Source: a virus (Duplodnaviria > Caudoviricetes). From it: 31,394 nt of DNA. Below are positions 17,006-26,600 of this stretch, piece by piece (position 1 is the stretch's first letter; every line of letters starts with the position of its first letter). The translations under genes were made by a program, and so were the position numbers. The notes below the pieces were generated by a model that was not told where the DNA came from, made no database searches, and saw nothing but the letters and a program-made list of their open reading frames with translations. Location of the stretch: IMG/VR virus record IMGVR_UViG_3300036719_001218, positions 1-31,394 of that record. The stretch is one strand, 5' to 3'.

Positions 17006-17392
17006 ATGATTTGCGTAACTGATTGCACCGAAGTAAAATGCCTTATCCAACCGGGTAACTGCACTGAGTCTTCATTATTGTATTTGGGCGATGTAACCCC
17101 CGGCACTGATTACACCGTTTACATTTACAATGAAACAACTAATAAGACTGAGGCGGTAGATTATACATCCAGCGTTTACGGCAGTTTAGATATAGACTTA
17201 GTTGACTATGGATTAATCTTTAACCCTCATGGAGTTTATTACATTTGGGCTACATTGCAAGGTGGTAACATGACAGATAAGGAGGACTTAACTATTGATG
17301 CTACCATTTACACTTGTTACATAGCAACCTTTGAAAGGGTGTTTATTGGAGGAATCATTGAATGCCCAACGGCTCAAAGTATAGAGATATGA
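17006..17392 (+). CDS. Hypothetical acidic beta-rich structural protein
   Basis: ORF track 16997..17392; likely ATG 17006; T/D/Y/C-rich. Confidence 0.5.
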   Translation: MICVTDCTEVKCLIQPGNCTESSLLYLGDVTPGTDYTVYIYNETTNKTEAVDYTSSVYGSLDIDLVDYGLIFNPHGVYYIWATLQGGNMTDKEDLTIDATIYTCYIATFERVFIGGIIECPTAQSIEI

Positions 17393-17450
17393 AGATAACA
17401 TATAGCGATACAGGTTTTAGTCAATTTAGTTTTAAATACTATTACATACC

Positions 17451-17732
17451 ATGATATTAAACATCATTCTAATAGCGTTAATATGCAACGGGTTATCTAT
17501 TGCAACTAATGAACGCATGATCCTGTATAAGGTAGATATATGGTTAGAGTCTAAGTTACCTATTTGGATTTACAAACCTTTACTAGGGTGTGTTAACTGC
17601 ATGGCTTCAATATGGGGAACGGCTATACATTTTTACATGGGAGGCTCTTTACATGATTGGCCTATTGTTATTATATCGGCCATATTTGTAAACGGGCTAT
17701 TTGCTGAACTATTTAATAAACTAACAAGATGA
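17451..17732 (+). CDS. Small membrane protein with CxxC motif
   Basis: Three hydrophobic segments, KPLLGCVNCMASIWG. Confidence 0.65.
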   Translation: MILNIILIALICNGLSIATNERMILYKVDIWLESKLPIWIYKPLLGCVNCMASIWGTAIHFYMGGSLHDWPIVIISAIFVNGLFAELFNKLTR

Positions 17733-17735
17733 GTT

Positions 17736-17948
17736 ATGGGATTAGAAAATGCAATATATACTTTAGATAAGATACGATGGTTTTATAATATGTCAATGGC
17801 TCAAACAAATAATAATGAAATATCTTCTAAAAAACTAACCATTTTCTTTGTAGAAATAACAATACAAATATTAAAGGAAAATCATTGTTTTGAAGATAGT
17901 ATTTTGGATTGGGAAATGGCATTAAAAAGTATTGACGAAATAATATAA
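17736..17948 (+). CDS. AT-rich hypothetical protein in a direct-repeat-flanked insertion
   Basis: 70-aa ORF between two AACAAGATGA copies. Confidence 0.5.
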   Translation: MGLENAIYTLDKIRWFYNMSMAQTNNNEISSKKLTIFFVEITIQILKENHCFEDSILDWEMALKSIDEII

Positions 17949-17953
17949 ACAAG

Positions 17954-18157
17954 ATGATAAAACTAGGAAGGTTAAAGTTATACTACGATATAAGTGCGTG
18001 CTATCAAAAGGATTATATCTTCTTTGATTTCTTTGCATTTGGAGTTGATATAGACCGTGAGCAAAAGTTTGTAAACATTAAACTATTGGTATTAGGTATC
18101 AATTTAATTTTAGAAGTAAATGTGGGTAAGTCAAGCAAAACTAAACAAGCTAATTAA
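17954..18157 (+). CDS. Hypothetical protein
   Basis: 67-aa ORF in operon. Confidence 0.5.
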   Translation: MIKLGRLKLYYDISACYQKDYIFFDFFAFGVDIDREQKFVNIKLLVLGINLILEVNVGKSSKTKQAN

Positions 18158-18803
18158 AGACGAGTCCGATAAGAAGGTAGAGGAATTACTACCCGAATTG
18201 GAGAAGCGTATTTATGCTGGTATTGAGTCAAGCCGAAAGGTGGAATGGAAAAACAAATGTGAGTTCCTATTCCATCACGAAGGCCATGACTATTTCAAGT
18301 ATAAGACAGCCGAGAATGTACATATAAAAAGGTTCGAGCAGTCAAGTGCTAACCTATTGTTATTAAGTGCAAGGCTAGACCATGATGAGTTAAAGCGATT
18401 AGCCGAGATAGGTAAGAAGTCTTTGGAGAAGGCAATGAACAGCGTTCAACAAACGAATCGAATTGAAGGGGTGAGTGTAGCGTTATGGGTATTTGAGGAA
18501 TTAGAACTAAGGAGAAATACTTTAATGTTTCACCCGGATATTATGGTAGAGTTGTTAGCCTTAAATATCATAAGGGATGATGAAGACCCAAAGACAATAG
18601 ACGAGGTTATCCATGCTGAAAAACTTTTGTTATTTAAAAGCAAAGGAGCTGAGATACCTTTTTTTGTAGAAGCCTCCTTAAAAGAATACTTGCCGAATTG
18701 GAAGGAATTAGTATTAAGTATCGCAAACTCTTGGGAGTTGCACAAGACCCAAGTACAAGTAGCGAAGGAGGCATACGAGAACATTTATACCGAGTTAAAG
18801 TAA
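18120..18803 (+). CDS. Putative tail assembly chaperone (gpG analogue)
   Basis: Helical protein upstream of the tape measure gene, with an overlapping -1 frame ORF. Confidence 0.6.
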   Translation: MWVSQAKLNKLIKDESDKKVEELLPELEKRIYAGIESSRKVEWKNKCEFLFHHEGHDYFKYKTAENVHIKRFEQSSANLLLLSARLDHDELKRLAEIGKKSLEKAMNSVQQTNRIEGVSVALWVFEELELRRNTLMFHPDIMVELLALNIIRDDEDPKTIDEVIHAEKLLLFKSKGAEIPFFVEASLKEYLPNWKELVLSIANSWELHKTQVQVAKEAYENIYTELK

Positions 18804-18988
18804 GAAATTATATAGACAACTTTCAAAAAGAATTGCTATATTTGTCAAACGATAATTACGATCAATATAGACAACTGTATGAAGAAGGAACGGTTAAAGA
18901 TTGGTTAATGTTATTACGACTTAAGGTCGAGAGGTTACAAAGAGATAAGGATAAGCAGCCCCAACAGCAAGCAAATAAAAAAAAGTAA
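18653..18988 (+). CDS. -1 frame extension of tail assembly chaperone (gpT analogue)
   Basis: Frame open from 18653 to the base before the tape measure ATG; no early ATG. Confidence 0.55.
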   Translation, partial: DTFFCRSLLKRILAELEGISIKYRKLLGVAQDPSTSSEGGIREHLYRVKVRNYIDNFQKELLYLSNDNYDQYRQLYEEGTVKDWLMLLRLKVERLQRDKDKQPQQQANKKK

Positions 18989-21340
18989 ATGGCTGCTGAT
19001 ACTATCATAATTAAATACCGTGCTGACACTTCAAAGTTCAGCCAAGATACAAAAGCCTTAACAGGTGATTTAGTAAAAGTTGGGATCGCTGGGGATAATG
19101 CCGGGGATAAAACGACAGCCTCATTTAATAAGGCGGCTCAGGCTATCAATAAAACGGATAAGCAAACTAAGCAAACAACAGGGGCTTTTAATGGTATGGC
19201 TTCCAGCCTAACAGGAATAGCGGCTTCATTAGGGGTTGCTTTTGGAGTTCAACAGATTATTCAATTTGGCAAGGCAAGTGCTGAGGCTTTTATAGATGCT
19301 GAAAAAAACGCACAATTATTATTGTTTGCTTTAAAAGGAAACGAAGCGGCACAAGGTAGGTTAATGGCTCAGGCAAGTGAGTTACAAAATACAACTATAT
19401 TTGACGATGACACCATCCAACAGGCTCAAACATTCCTAGCGAATCAAGGTAGAACAGAGGAACAAATAAAGAAAGTAATTGACGCAGCGGTAGAGTTAAG
19501 CACTGTAACAGGAGTAGACTTAAACACGGCTGTAATGCAATTAGATGCAACCTTTGAAGGGAATATAGGTAAGATGGGTAAATTGGATAGTGCCTTTAAG
19601 GGATTGACAAAAGAGCAACTAGCCAACGGGGCGGCGGCTGACTTGTTAATCGAGAAGTACGGAGGTACGGCAGTTGCAATGGGTGAAACAACGGCTGGTC
19701 AGGTAGCGAAGTTAAAGAATAGGTTTGGAGAATTACAGGAAACAATAGGCGGTCAATTAGTACCTTTATTAAATGGCTTTTGGGAATCTGCACAAGGTTT
19801 AGGTAGAGGGGATGTATTAACATTCTTAGAAAATACTTTTGCAGGTCAGGTAGTAACGGGAATAAGGGATATGATAACGGGGGTCGATGACTTAACCGAA
19901 AGCATGACCGACTATGAGAAGTCAGTTATTAAAGTATCGTTGGCAACGGATGAGGAAATCACGGCACAATTTGAAGCCTTAGGAGGTGCTACTAATGCAA
20001 CTGCAATGGAGTTTAAAAAGTTTGCAGATGAGATGAGGCAAGGTGTTTTAGTTCAAACATTTGAAGACTTATCAAAGGTATTAGAAATAAACAAACAACA
20101 ATTTAAGCAGTTAACAGACTTAACCGATAAGTATGGAGTAAGTGTAAGGGTAACGGCTGATGCTATCTTAGAGTTAAAGAACGCAAGTGATGAGGACTTA
20201 GAAACAACCTTTTTAAATGCTAAAAAGTTTTTGAATGTAACCCGTGAAGATTGGGATAAATACATAGGTAAGATTAAGGAGGTTAAGCCATTACATGATG
20301 ACATTGCAAAGTCAACTGAGGCAGTGGTCGGGCCTTATGATAAATTGAACAATCGAATATCTGCCTTAAATAAAATAATGCTGGATAACATCGTGCTTGG
20401 TAAAGACTATACTAAGCAAGAGATGGAAATAATTGACTTAATAAAGCAACGTGATGAGGCTAACCAAAAGTTAAACGCTTCAATTACTTCTACCAATGCG
20501 TTAATGCGTGAAAACAATCAGATAGTTTTATTAAACACTGAGGAAACAAACATTAACTATGAGGCTATTAAAAAGCAAAACGATATTAAGTTAGCTGGTA
20601 TCTTAGCAACCATGCAGCAAACGGATGCTAATGCCAACTTCATAAAACAAATGGAAAGGGATGCCGAAATATATGGCGAACTTTCTCAATTAGCTGGAAC
20701 GTTTAACGATGCGTTAACTAATATCTTTGGGGATGCTGCTAAGAATAGTGCAGTCTTTTTAGAGTTTCAAAAGGCTATTGCCATTGCTGAGATTGCTTTG
20801 TCATCAGCCCAAGCCATTGCCTCAGGAATAGCGGCTATTGCTAAAGGCGATCCTATAAGTATTATTAGTGGTATCACTTCGATCACGGCTGGTATTGGTA
20901 ACGCTATCGGAGGACTTATTCAACAAGTAAACGCATTGCAAACCCCAACCCCTCCACAATTCTTTGATGGTACTGATTACTTACAGCTTAACGGCAACCC
21001 AAAAGGAAAAGATACGATACCTGTAATGGCACATGAAGGGGAGGCAATTATACCAACGGATAAGAACCTAAGCGAACCCGGATTAGCAAATGCATGGATT
21101 AACGGCAACTTAGATAAGTACGTTATTGATAAATGGGTAAGCCCTGCTTTAATGAACCAAGAACGTGAACATAAAAAAGAGTTTGCCGAAAACATAGCGG
21201 CTTCAATGTTACTTCAATCAGGGTCGTCTTTTGATGATTACAGGCTTTATAGATTAGGCTTAGACCAAGTCAATTTACTTTCACAAAACAATAAGTTATT
21301 AGGTAAGGTTATGCAAACTAAAAACCCTTGGGCGGTATGA
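18989..21340 (+). CDS. Tail tape measure protein
   Basis: 783 aa, Ala/Gly-rich helical; C-terminal FFDGT...GKDTIPVMAHEGEAII motif. Confidence 0.85.
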   Translation: MAADTIIIKYRADTSKFSQDTKALTGDLVKVGIAGDNAGDKTTASFNKAAQAINKTDKQTKQTTGAFNGMASSLTGIAASLGVAFGVQQIIQFGKASAEAFIDAEKNAQLLLFALKGNEAAQGRLMAQASELQNTTIFDDDTIQQAQTFLANQGRTEEQIKKVIDAAVELSTVTGVDLNTAVMQLDATFEGNIGKMGKLDSAFKGLTKEQLANGAAADLLIEKYGGTAVAMGETTAGQVAKLKNRFGELQETIGGQLVPLLNGFWESAQGLGRGDVLTFLENTFAGQVVTGIRDMITGVDDLTESMTDYEKSVIKVSLATDEEITAQFEALGGATNATAMEFKKFADEMRQGVLVQTFEDLSKVLEINKQQFKQLTDLTDKYGVSVRVTADAILELKNASDEDLETTFLNAKKFLNVTREDWDKYIGKIKEVKPLHDDIAKSTEAVVGPYDKLNNRISALNKIMLDNIVLGKDYTKQEMEIIDLIKQRDEANQKLNASITSTNALMRENNQIVLLNTEETNINYEAIKKQNDIKLAGILATMQQTDANANFIKQMERDAEIYGELSQLAGTFNDALTNIFGDAAKNSAVFLEFQKAIAIAEIALSSAQAIASGIAAIAKGDPISIISGITSITAGIGNAIGGLIQQVNALQTPTPPQFFDGTDYLQLNGNPKGKDTIPVMAHEGEAIIPTDKNLSEPGLANAWINGNLDKYVIDKWVSPALMNQEREHKKEFAENIAASMLLQSGSSFDDYRLYRLGLDQVNLLSQNNKLLGKVMQTKNPWAV

Positions 21341-23703
21341 TAAGAATATTTTTGAATGGTTCTTTGTGTACTGATAGCCCTAAAGGATTAGATGACCTAG
21401 TAGAAGAACTGACATTAAACTATGATTTGCACGGCTATCTTTACCAAATTAAAGGGTCGATAACTTTTATAGGAAGCGATTACGAAACTATACGAGCCTT
21501 ATATGATTCTGATTATTGTCAGGATTTAGATTTAGACATTCAAATAAGCGAAGATTTCGGTGCAAGTTATAGAAGTATAGCCAAAGGGATTATTAAACTA
21601 GCCGGGGTTAAATGGAATCAGTTGGAACGAATGGCCGAATGCCCTATTACTGATAATAGTTTTTTAAGTAAGATTAACAATAACAGCGAAATAGAATTTC
21701 AATTAGGTAGAACGGGTGGTAACTTATTAAGTAAGAATGGGGTAGATGTTCAATATAAGTTTGTAGCCCATGATAACGTACAAATGTTTTCACCTTTTAG
21801 GGGTAGATACTTTATAGCGGAAGCCAACTTTAACAAAACCGATCCACCTTTTGCAGCAAGTGAAGGTGATGACTTAGTAGATATTAGACCTTATGGAAGA
21901 AATGGTATATTCATTTACGATGCTTTGAATATGCTTATAGCTATGATGACTGATGACGAGGTGGATTTTGAAAGTGATTTTTTTACCTATGATTTAGCAA
22001 GTCCAAGTACATATAGAGAAATAGCCTTTGCGGTTATTATGTCAGGGCTTCAATTAAGGAATGGAACGGGCTACCCTACAATATCATTTAGAGATTTCTT
22101 TGATGACTTACATAAACTTTGCAATGTTTACTTTAGCTTAGAAGTATCTAGTGCAGGTAAGCCTGTTATAAGAGTAGAACGGGAGGACTATTTTAGAAGT
22201 ATAAACAGTGATGTTTATTTCGATAGTGTAAAAGGGTTAGTAGAATATATTGACCTTTCAAAGATTTACAGCAAGGTTGTTGTAGGGTGCAGCCGTGATG
22301 GAAGTAATAATTTCCCGATAGGCGAAGTGCCTTTAGTTCATCATGTACAAGAGGAGTTTCCATTATCCGGCAACTGTAATACCCAAAACGAATTAGACCT
22401 AAGATTAAGAAGGTTAATAATAAACACTAACACCATATCACAATCTTTGCCTCCTATAAGTGGGTATAATGGAAGTTCGACAAAACGCAAATACACTACG
22501 GAGCAAACACAGGCAGGAGGGCCAAGCAACCAACAAATAACCGATACAAGTGGAACGTTCCAAGAAAGTTTAATAGGTAGTGGGTTCTTAATTAGAAACG
22601 TGTTAAGCGATGAATATTCATACGTATCTTCGGTAATTGATAATGATAATATTTATTCATTCGATGAAATCTTTATAGTTGACAATACGGGCTTAGTTAA
22701 AAATTATGAAATATTCACCCCATCTGATGACAGTTCATTAGATCAAGACGTATTTTTAATTCAATGTGATAGAAGTACATCGAGTGCAGGAACGGCTTAT
22801 GCTTTTCAAACATTGATAGACCCACCAAGCGAATTGTATTATTATAACGATGTTTATGCAAATTGGAGGGTAATAGAAAGGCACTTAGGAAACGTATGTC
22901 AATCGGTAGTAAATAATTTCTCAGATGGTAACGATCAGTTTTTAAGTGAGTTAACAGTCGATCAAGTATTAGATAATACGACTTACTTTAAAACGGTACC
23001 TAACGATCAATACAGGAGAATAAGATTTAACGATGATAGTTCAGCCCCTAACTTCGATACGAATGGAAACTATGATGCTGCAACGGGAGAATATACGGCT
23101 ATCCAAGATGGATATTACCATGCTTATTGTAGTGTAAGAGTAAACAATAGCAGTGGGGCAAGTGGGTTCTCTTATGACTTTACCCAGCAAGTTGAGTTAG
23201 TTCAAGTATCAGTTAGTGGAAACATTATAGCAAGTGAAAGTGCAGCCGTAACTATTTTAGATTTAAGTTCATATACGTTTGTTTTAGATAGGACTTTTTA
23301 TATGAGTGAGGGTGATACGCTAGGGGTATATGTTAAAAAACCTTTCGGATTAAATGGATTATGGTTAAACCAATACGTACCTTTTAGTGAGTTCGATGTT
23401 TTAGGAATTGCTTATGGAGTTGTAGGTAGTACCGGGCTATCATTCTTTGGAGTGGATGCCTTATATAATGGAGGTGGTTTAGTGCCTACGAATGAATGTG
23501 AGGAAGGTAGGCTATTGGTAGGTGAATCAACTTTGTCGGTCAATCGTGATGTATTTGATAGTGTAATGCAATACCCATTTAGATATTATCATACAAATGA
23601 TGGAAGTGTTAATTACTTTAGCGGTTTTATTGAAAGTATTAGCAGGGGTTTATTAAGTGGTGAAACTGCATTGAAACAATTTAGGAAAAAAGGAGGAGTT
23701 TAA
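21337..23703 (+). CDS. Tail tip/hub protein with C1q-like domain
   Basis: Follows tape measure via ATGA overlap; FDTNGNYDAATGEYTAIQDGYYH resembles the C1q motif. Confidence 0.6.
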   Translation: MIRIFLNGSLCTDSPKGLDDLVEELTLNYDLHGYLYQIKGSITFIGSDYETIRALYDSDYCQDLDLDIQISEDFGASYRSIAKGIIKLAGVKWNQLERMAECPITDNSFLSKINNNSEIEFQLGRTGGNLLSKNGVDVQYKFVAHDNVQMFSPFRGRYFIAEANFNKTDPPFAASEGDDLVDIRPYGRNGIFIYDALNMLIAMMTDDEVDFESDFFTYDLASPSTYREIAFAVIMSGLQLRNGTGYPTISFRDFFDDLHKLCNVYFSLEVSSAGKPVIRVEREDYFRSINSDVYFDSVKGLVEYIDLSKIYSKVVVGCSRDGSNNFPIGEVPLVHHVQEEFPLSGNCNTQNELDLRLRRLIINTNTISQSLPPISGYNGSSTKRKYTTEQTQAGGPSNQQITDTSGTFQESLIGSGFLIRNVLSDEYSYVSSVIDNDNIYSFDEIFIVDNTGLVKNYEIFTPSDDSSLDQDVFLIQCDRSTSSAGTAYAFQTLIDPPSELYYYNDVYANWRVIERHLGNVCQSVVNNFSDGNDQFLSELTVDQVLDNTTYFKTVPNDQYRRIRFNDDSSAPNFDTNGNYDAATGEYTAIQDGYYHAYCSVRVNNSSGASGFSYDFTQQVELVQVSVSGNIIASESAAVTILDLSSYTFVLDRTFYMSEGDTLGVYVKKPFGLNGLWLNQYVPFSEFDVLGIAYGVVGSTGLSFFGVDALYNGGGLVPTNECEEGRLLVGESTLSVNRDVFDSVMQYPFRYYHTNDGSVNYFSGFIESISRGLLSGETALKQFRKKGGV

Positions 23704-23716
23704 TTATCTTTGCAAT

Positions 23717-23953
23717 ATGGCACAGGAAACAATAGTTTTAGTATCTAATTTATCCGATAAATATTTAACGGCTGAGGATGATATTAACAATAACTTCAAT
23801 GAGTTATACGCTGCATTGCCTCCAAGTTATACGGGGTCTGATGCTTTAAAATATTTAAGAGTTAATTCATTAGGCACGGCTTTAGAGTGGGCGGCTGTAT
23901 CAGGTAGCAGTAGCCAAGATTATGGAAGTTTATTTTTATTAATGGGAGCATAA
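23717..23953 (+). CDS. Short tail fibre-associated protein
   Basis: INNNFNELY and KYLRVNSLGTALEW fibre-type motifs. Confidence 0.55.
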   Translation: MAQETIVLVSNLSDKYLTAEDDINNNFNELYAALPPSYTGSDALKYLRVNSLGTALEWAAVSGSSSQDYGSLFLLMGA

Positions 23954-24282
23954 TGGCAGTAGTAATTAAAAGTTTAGGGCAAGTAGCCCCTTTAGCTACA
24001 ACGGAAACGGATTTATACACCGTGCCAACAGCTAGAACGGCTGTTTGTAGTTCTATTGTAATATGTAATAGGGCTAATACCTCTGCTACATTTAGGGTAA
24101 GTCATTCAGTTGGAGGTGGTGCAACGGCAACCAAAGACTATTTGTATTATGATGTAACACTTGCTGGTAATGATACTTTTATTGCAACTATTGGTATGAC
24201 ATTAGATACACCCGATAAGATAAGAGTGTATGCTAGTAGTGCTAACCTTAGTTTTAATTTATACGGACAAGAAAATACTTAA
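23953..24282 (+). CDS. Small beta-rich tail-associated protein
   Basis: TDLYTVP...SIVICN...YLYYD...GMTL...DKIRV pattern. Confidence 0.6.
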   Translation: MAVVIKSLGQVAPLATTETDLYTVPTARTAVCSSIVICNRANTSATFRVSHSVGGGATATKDYLYYDVTLAGNDTFIATIGMTLDTPDKIRVYASSANLSFNLYGQENT

Positions 24283-24284
24283 TC

Positions 24285-25535
24285 ATGGCACAAGGAACGG
24301 CAGGACAAACAATACTTAGTAACGAAATATCATTTAGTGATAGTGCAAACTTGGATGCATTTAGTAGATTAAGGGTATCAAATCCCCTTATTTTATTTAA
24401 TTCTCAATTTACATACGATTTAGCTCCAATTATTTTAGAGCAAATTACCAACGGTACAGGTGCTACAATTACACATGACTCTACAAATAGACAAGCTTTA
24501 ATGACTTTTAGTTCTACACCTACAGGTGGGAAAGCTTATATGCAGAGTTATGAATACCTTCCTTATCAACCGGGTAGATCTCAATTAATATTTCTTACTT
24601 TTAATATGATAGCTGGTGTAGCTGACACATTAAAATTTGCAGGATATTCTGATGGAACTAATGGTATAGAATTTCAATTAAACGGAACAACACCACAATT
24701 TGTTGTATATTCAGCTAGTTCATCAGGTAATGAAACTGTAACTCAATCATCTTGGAATTTAGATAAATTAGATGGTACAGGTACAAGTGGATTAACTTTA
24801 GATGTAAGTAGAACTCAAATTTTAGTTATAGATGTACAAGCTCTTTATGTAGGAAGAGTAAGAATAGGATTTGATATGGGTGGAGAAGTAATATATTGTC
24901 ATGAATTTCTTCATGCTAATTTATTTAGTTCACCATATATTCAAACAGCAAATCTTCCTGTAAGATGTGGTATGACTTGTACTGGAACAGTATCTACAAC
25001 AATGAATTTTATTTGTGGTGCTGTTATTTCAGAAGGTGGTTCGGAAGATATAAATGTATTTGGATATACATTTCAACAAGACTCAGGAGCTATTAGTGTA
25101 GGTACAGGTGGGACTCATATGTTAAGCCTTAGACCTAAAACAACATTTAATGGAATATCTAATAGAACAAGAGTAGCATATATAGATGTTGAGATTTACA
25201 ATTCAGGAAATCAAGCTATTCAATGGCAGCTTTGTATAGGACAAGCCATATCAGGAACAACTGCATATAATGCTGTAAATAGCACATACAGCAGTTCTGA
25301 ATATAATATACTAGGAACTCTTAGCGGAAGTCCTGCTATAATTATTGATGGTGGGTATGTTGCTGCATCAGGTGGCGCAAAAGGAGTTACTAATACAGCT
25401 ATTATATCACGTTATCCAATTACTTTAGATGCAGCAGGATTGAAAAGATCTTTAGGTACTTTAACTCTTAAAGCTACATCATTAAGTGGTACACAAGTAG
25501 TTTATGCATCAATTAAATTTAGAGAAATAAGATAA
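24285..25535 (+). CDS. Tail-associated lectin-like / receptor-binding candidate
   Basis: DAFSRLRVSNP, YQPGRSQ, WNLDKLDGTG, NLPVR; S/T/G-rich beta protein. Confidence 0.55.
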   Translation: MAQGTAGQTILSNEISFSDSANLDAFSRLRVSNPLILFNSQFTYDLAPIILEQITNGTGATITHDSTNRQALMTFSSTPTGGKAYMQSYEYLPYQPGRSQLIFLTFNMIAGVADTLKFAGYSDGTNGIEFQLNGTTPQFVVYSASSSGNETVTQSSWNLDKLDGTGTSGLTLDVSRTQILVIDVQALYVGRVRIGFDMGGEVIYCHEFLHANLFSSPYIQTANLPVRCGMTCTGTVSTTMNFICGAVISEGGSEDINVFGYTFQQDSGAISVGTGGTHMLSLRPKTTFNGISNRTRVAYIDVEIYNSGNQAIQWQLCIGQAISGTTAYNAVNSTYSSSEYNILGTLSGSPAIIIDGGYVAASGGAKGVTNTAIISRYPITLDAAGLKRSLGTLTLKATSLSGTQVVYASIKFREIR

Positions 25536-25536
25536 T

Positions 25537-25710
25537 ATGGCACAAGGTTCAACAAAAGGAGTTCCAATAGATGTAGACGTTAATTTAGCGGCTAACAGCG
25601 ATGAAATGGTAGCAAGTCAAAAGGCTACTAAGGCTTATGTGGATAATACAGTAACAGAAATAAATACTAAAGTAACACAATCAAACGTAAGAAGAATTAT
25701 AAGACGATGA
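25537..25710 (+). CDS. 57-aa tail fibre-associated peptide
   Basis: Not in ORF track. MAQGSTKGVPIDVDVNLAANSDEMVASQKATKAYVDN...; ATGA overlap with the next gene. Confidence 0.7.
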   Translation: MAQGSTKGVPIDVDVNLAANSDEMVASQKATKAYVDNTVTEINTKVTQSNVRRIIRR

Positions 25711-26594
25711 AACTAACAACTACAAACGACATACTCCAAATAGTTTTAGGGGGATCGGTTACAACTAACCAGCTTCAATGCGTAACCTCGTATAAGATAT
25801 TTACAACTTCGGCTACCACAGATGGAAAGGTAGCAATTAACACAAACAATACTACCGATGTAGCTTTAGCAGGTGCGCCTTCGAGTGGTCAGGTTTACGA
25901 CATTCAAAATATAAACGTTTACAATAATGATACGGTAGCCCAAACGGTTACCATTAAATTGGATGTAAGCGGAACAGAAACGATACTTTATAAAGGAGTA
26001 ATAGGTATTGGCGATGTAATAAGCTGGAGTGGTGAGGGTGGATGGAAAAATACCACTAATAATATTTTGCCTTTATTAAACAATAGGAAATGTGTAACAG
26101 GTGCTTTATATGAAACATTTGACAGGGATTTATGTGATGAAGTAATTAGCGTAGTACTTGCAACAGGCCGATTAAGTTTACAGGCTATTTATCTACCAGC
26201 AGGAACTACTATTAATTCGATTAGTATTTGGAGTGCAAGTACGGCAGCAGGTACACCTACTAACCAATTATTTGGATTGTATGATATTAATTTAAACCTA
26301 TTAAGATCAAGCGTAAACGATACAACAACAGCATGGGCGGCTAACTCACGTAAAACATTAGCCTTAACAAGTGCATTTACTACTACTTATTCGGGACTTC
26401 ATTACTTAGGATTAATGGTAACGGCTACCACAGTGCCTACTTTAAAAGGTAATACTACTAAAACCGGTGGGCAATTAAACGCAGCATTACCAACTATGGG
26501 AGGCTCTTCAACATCAGGTTTAACAACAGCATTACCAGCAACGGCAACTGCAATAAGCGGAGGTACAAGTTCGTTTTGGGGATGCGTAAGCTAA
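25707..26594 (+). CDS. Tail fibre / receptor-binding candidate
   Basis: 295 aa, Thr/Gly/Ala-rich, two beta domains. Confidence 0.55.
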   Translation: MKLTTTNDILQIVLGGSVTTNQLQCVTSYKIFTTSATTDGKVAINTNNTTDVALAGAPSSGQVYDIQNINVYNNDTVAQTVTIKLDVSGTETILYKGVIGIGDVISWSGEGGWKNTTNNILPLLNNRKCVTGALYETFDRDLCDEVISVVLATGRLSLQAIYLPAGTTINSISIWSASTAAGTPTNQLFGLYDINLNLLRSSVNDTTTAWAANSRKTLALTSAFTTTYSGLHYLGLMVTATTVPTLKGNTTKTGGQLNAALPTMGGSSTSGLTTALPATATAISGGTSSFWGCVS

Positions 26595-26600
26595 AAAAAT

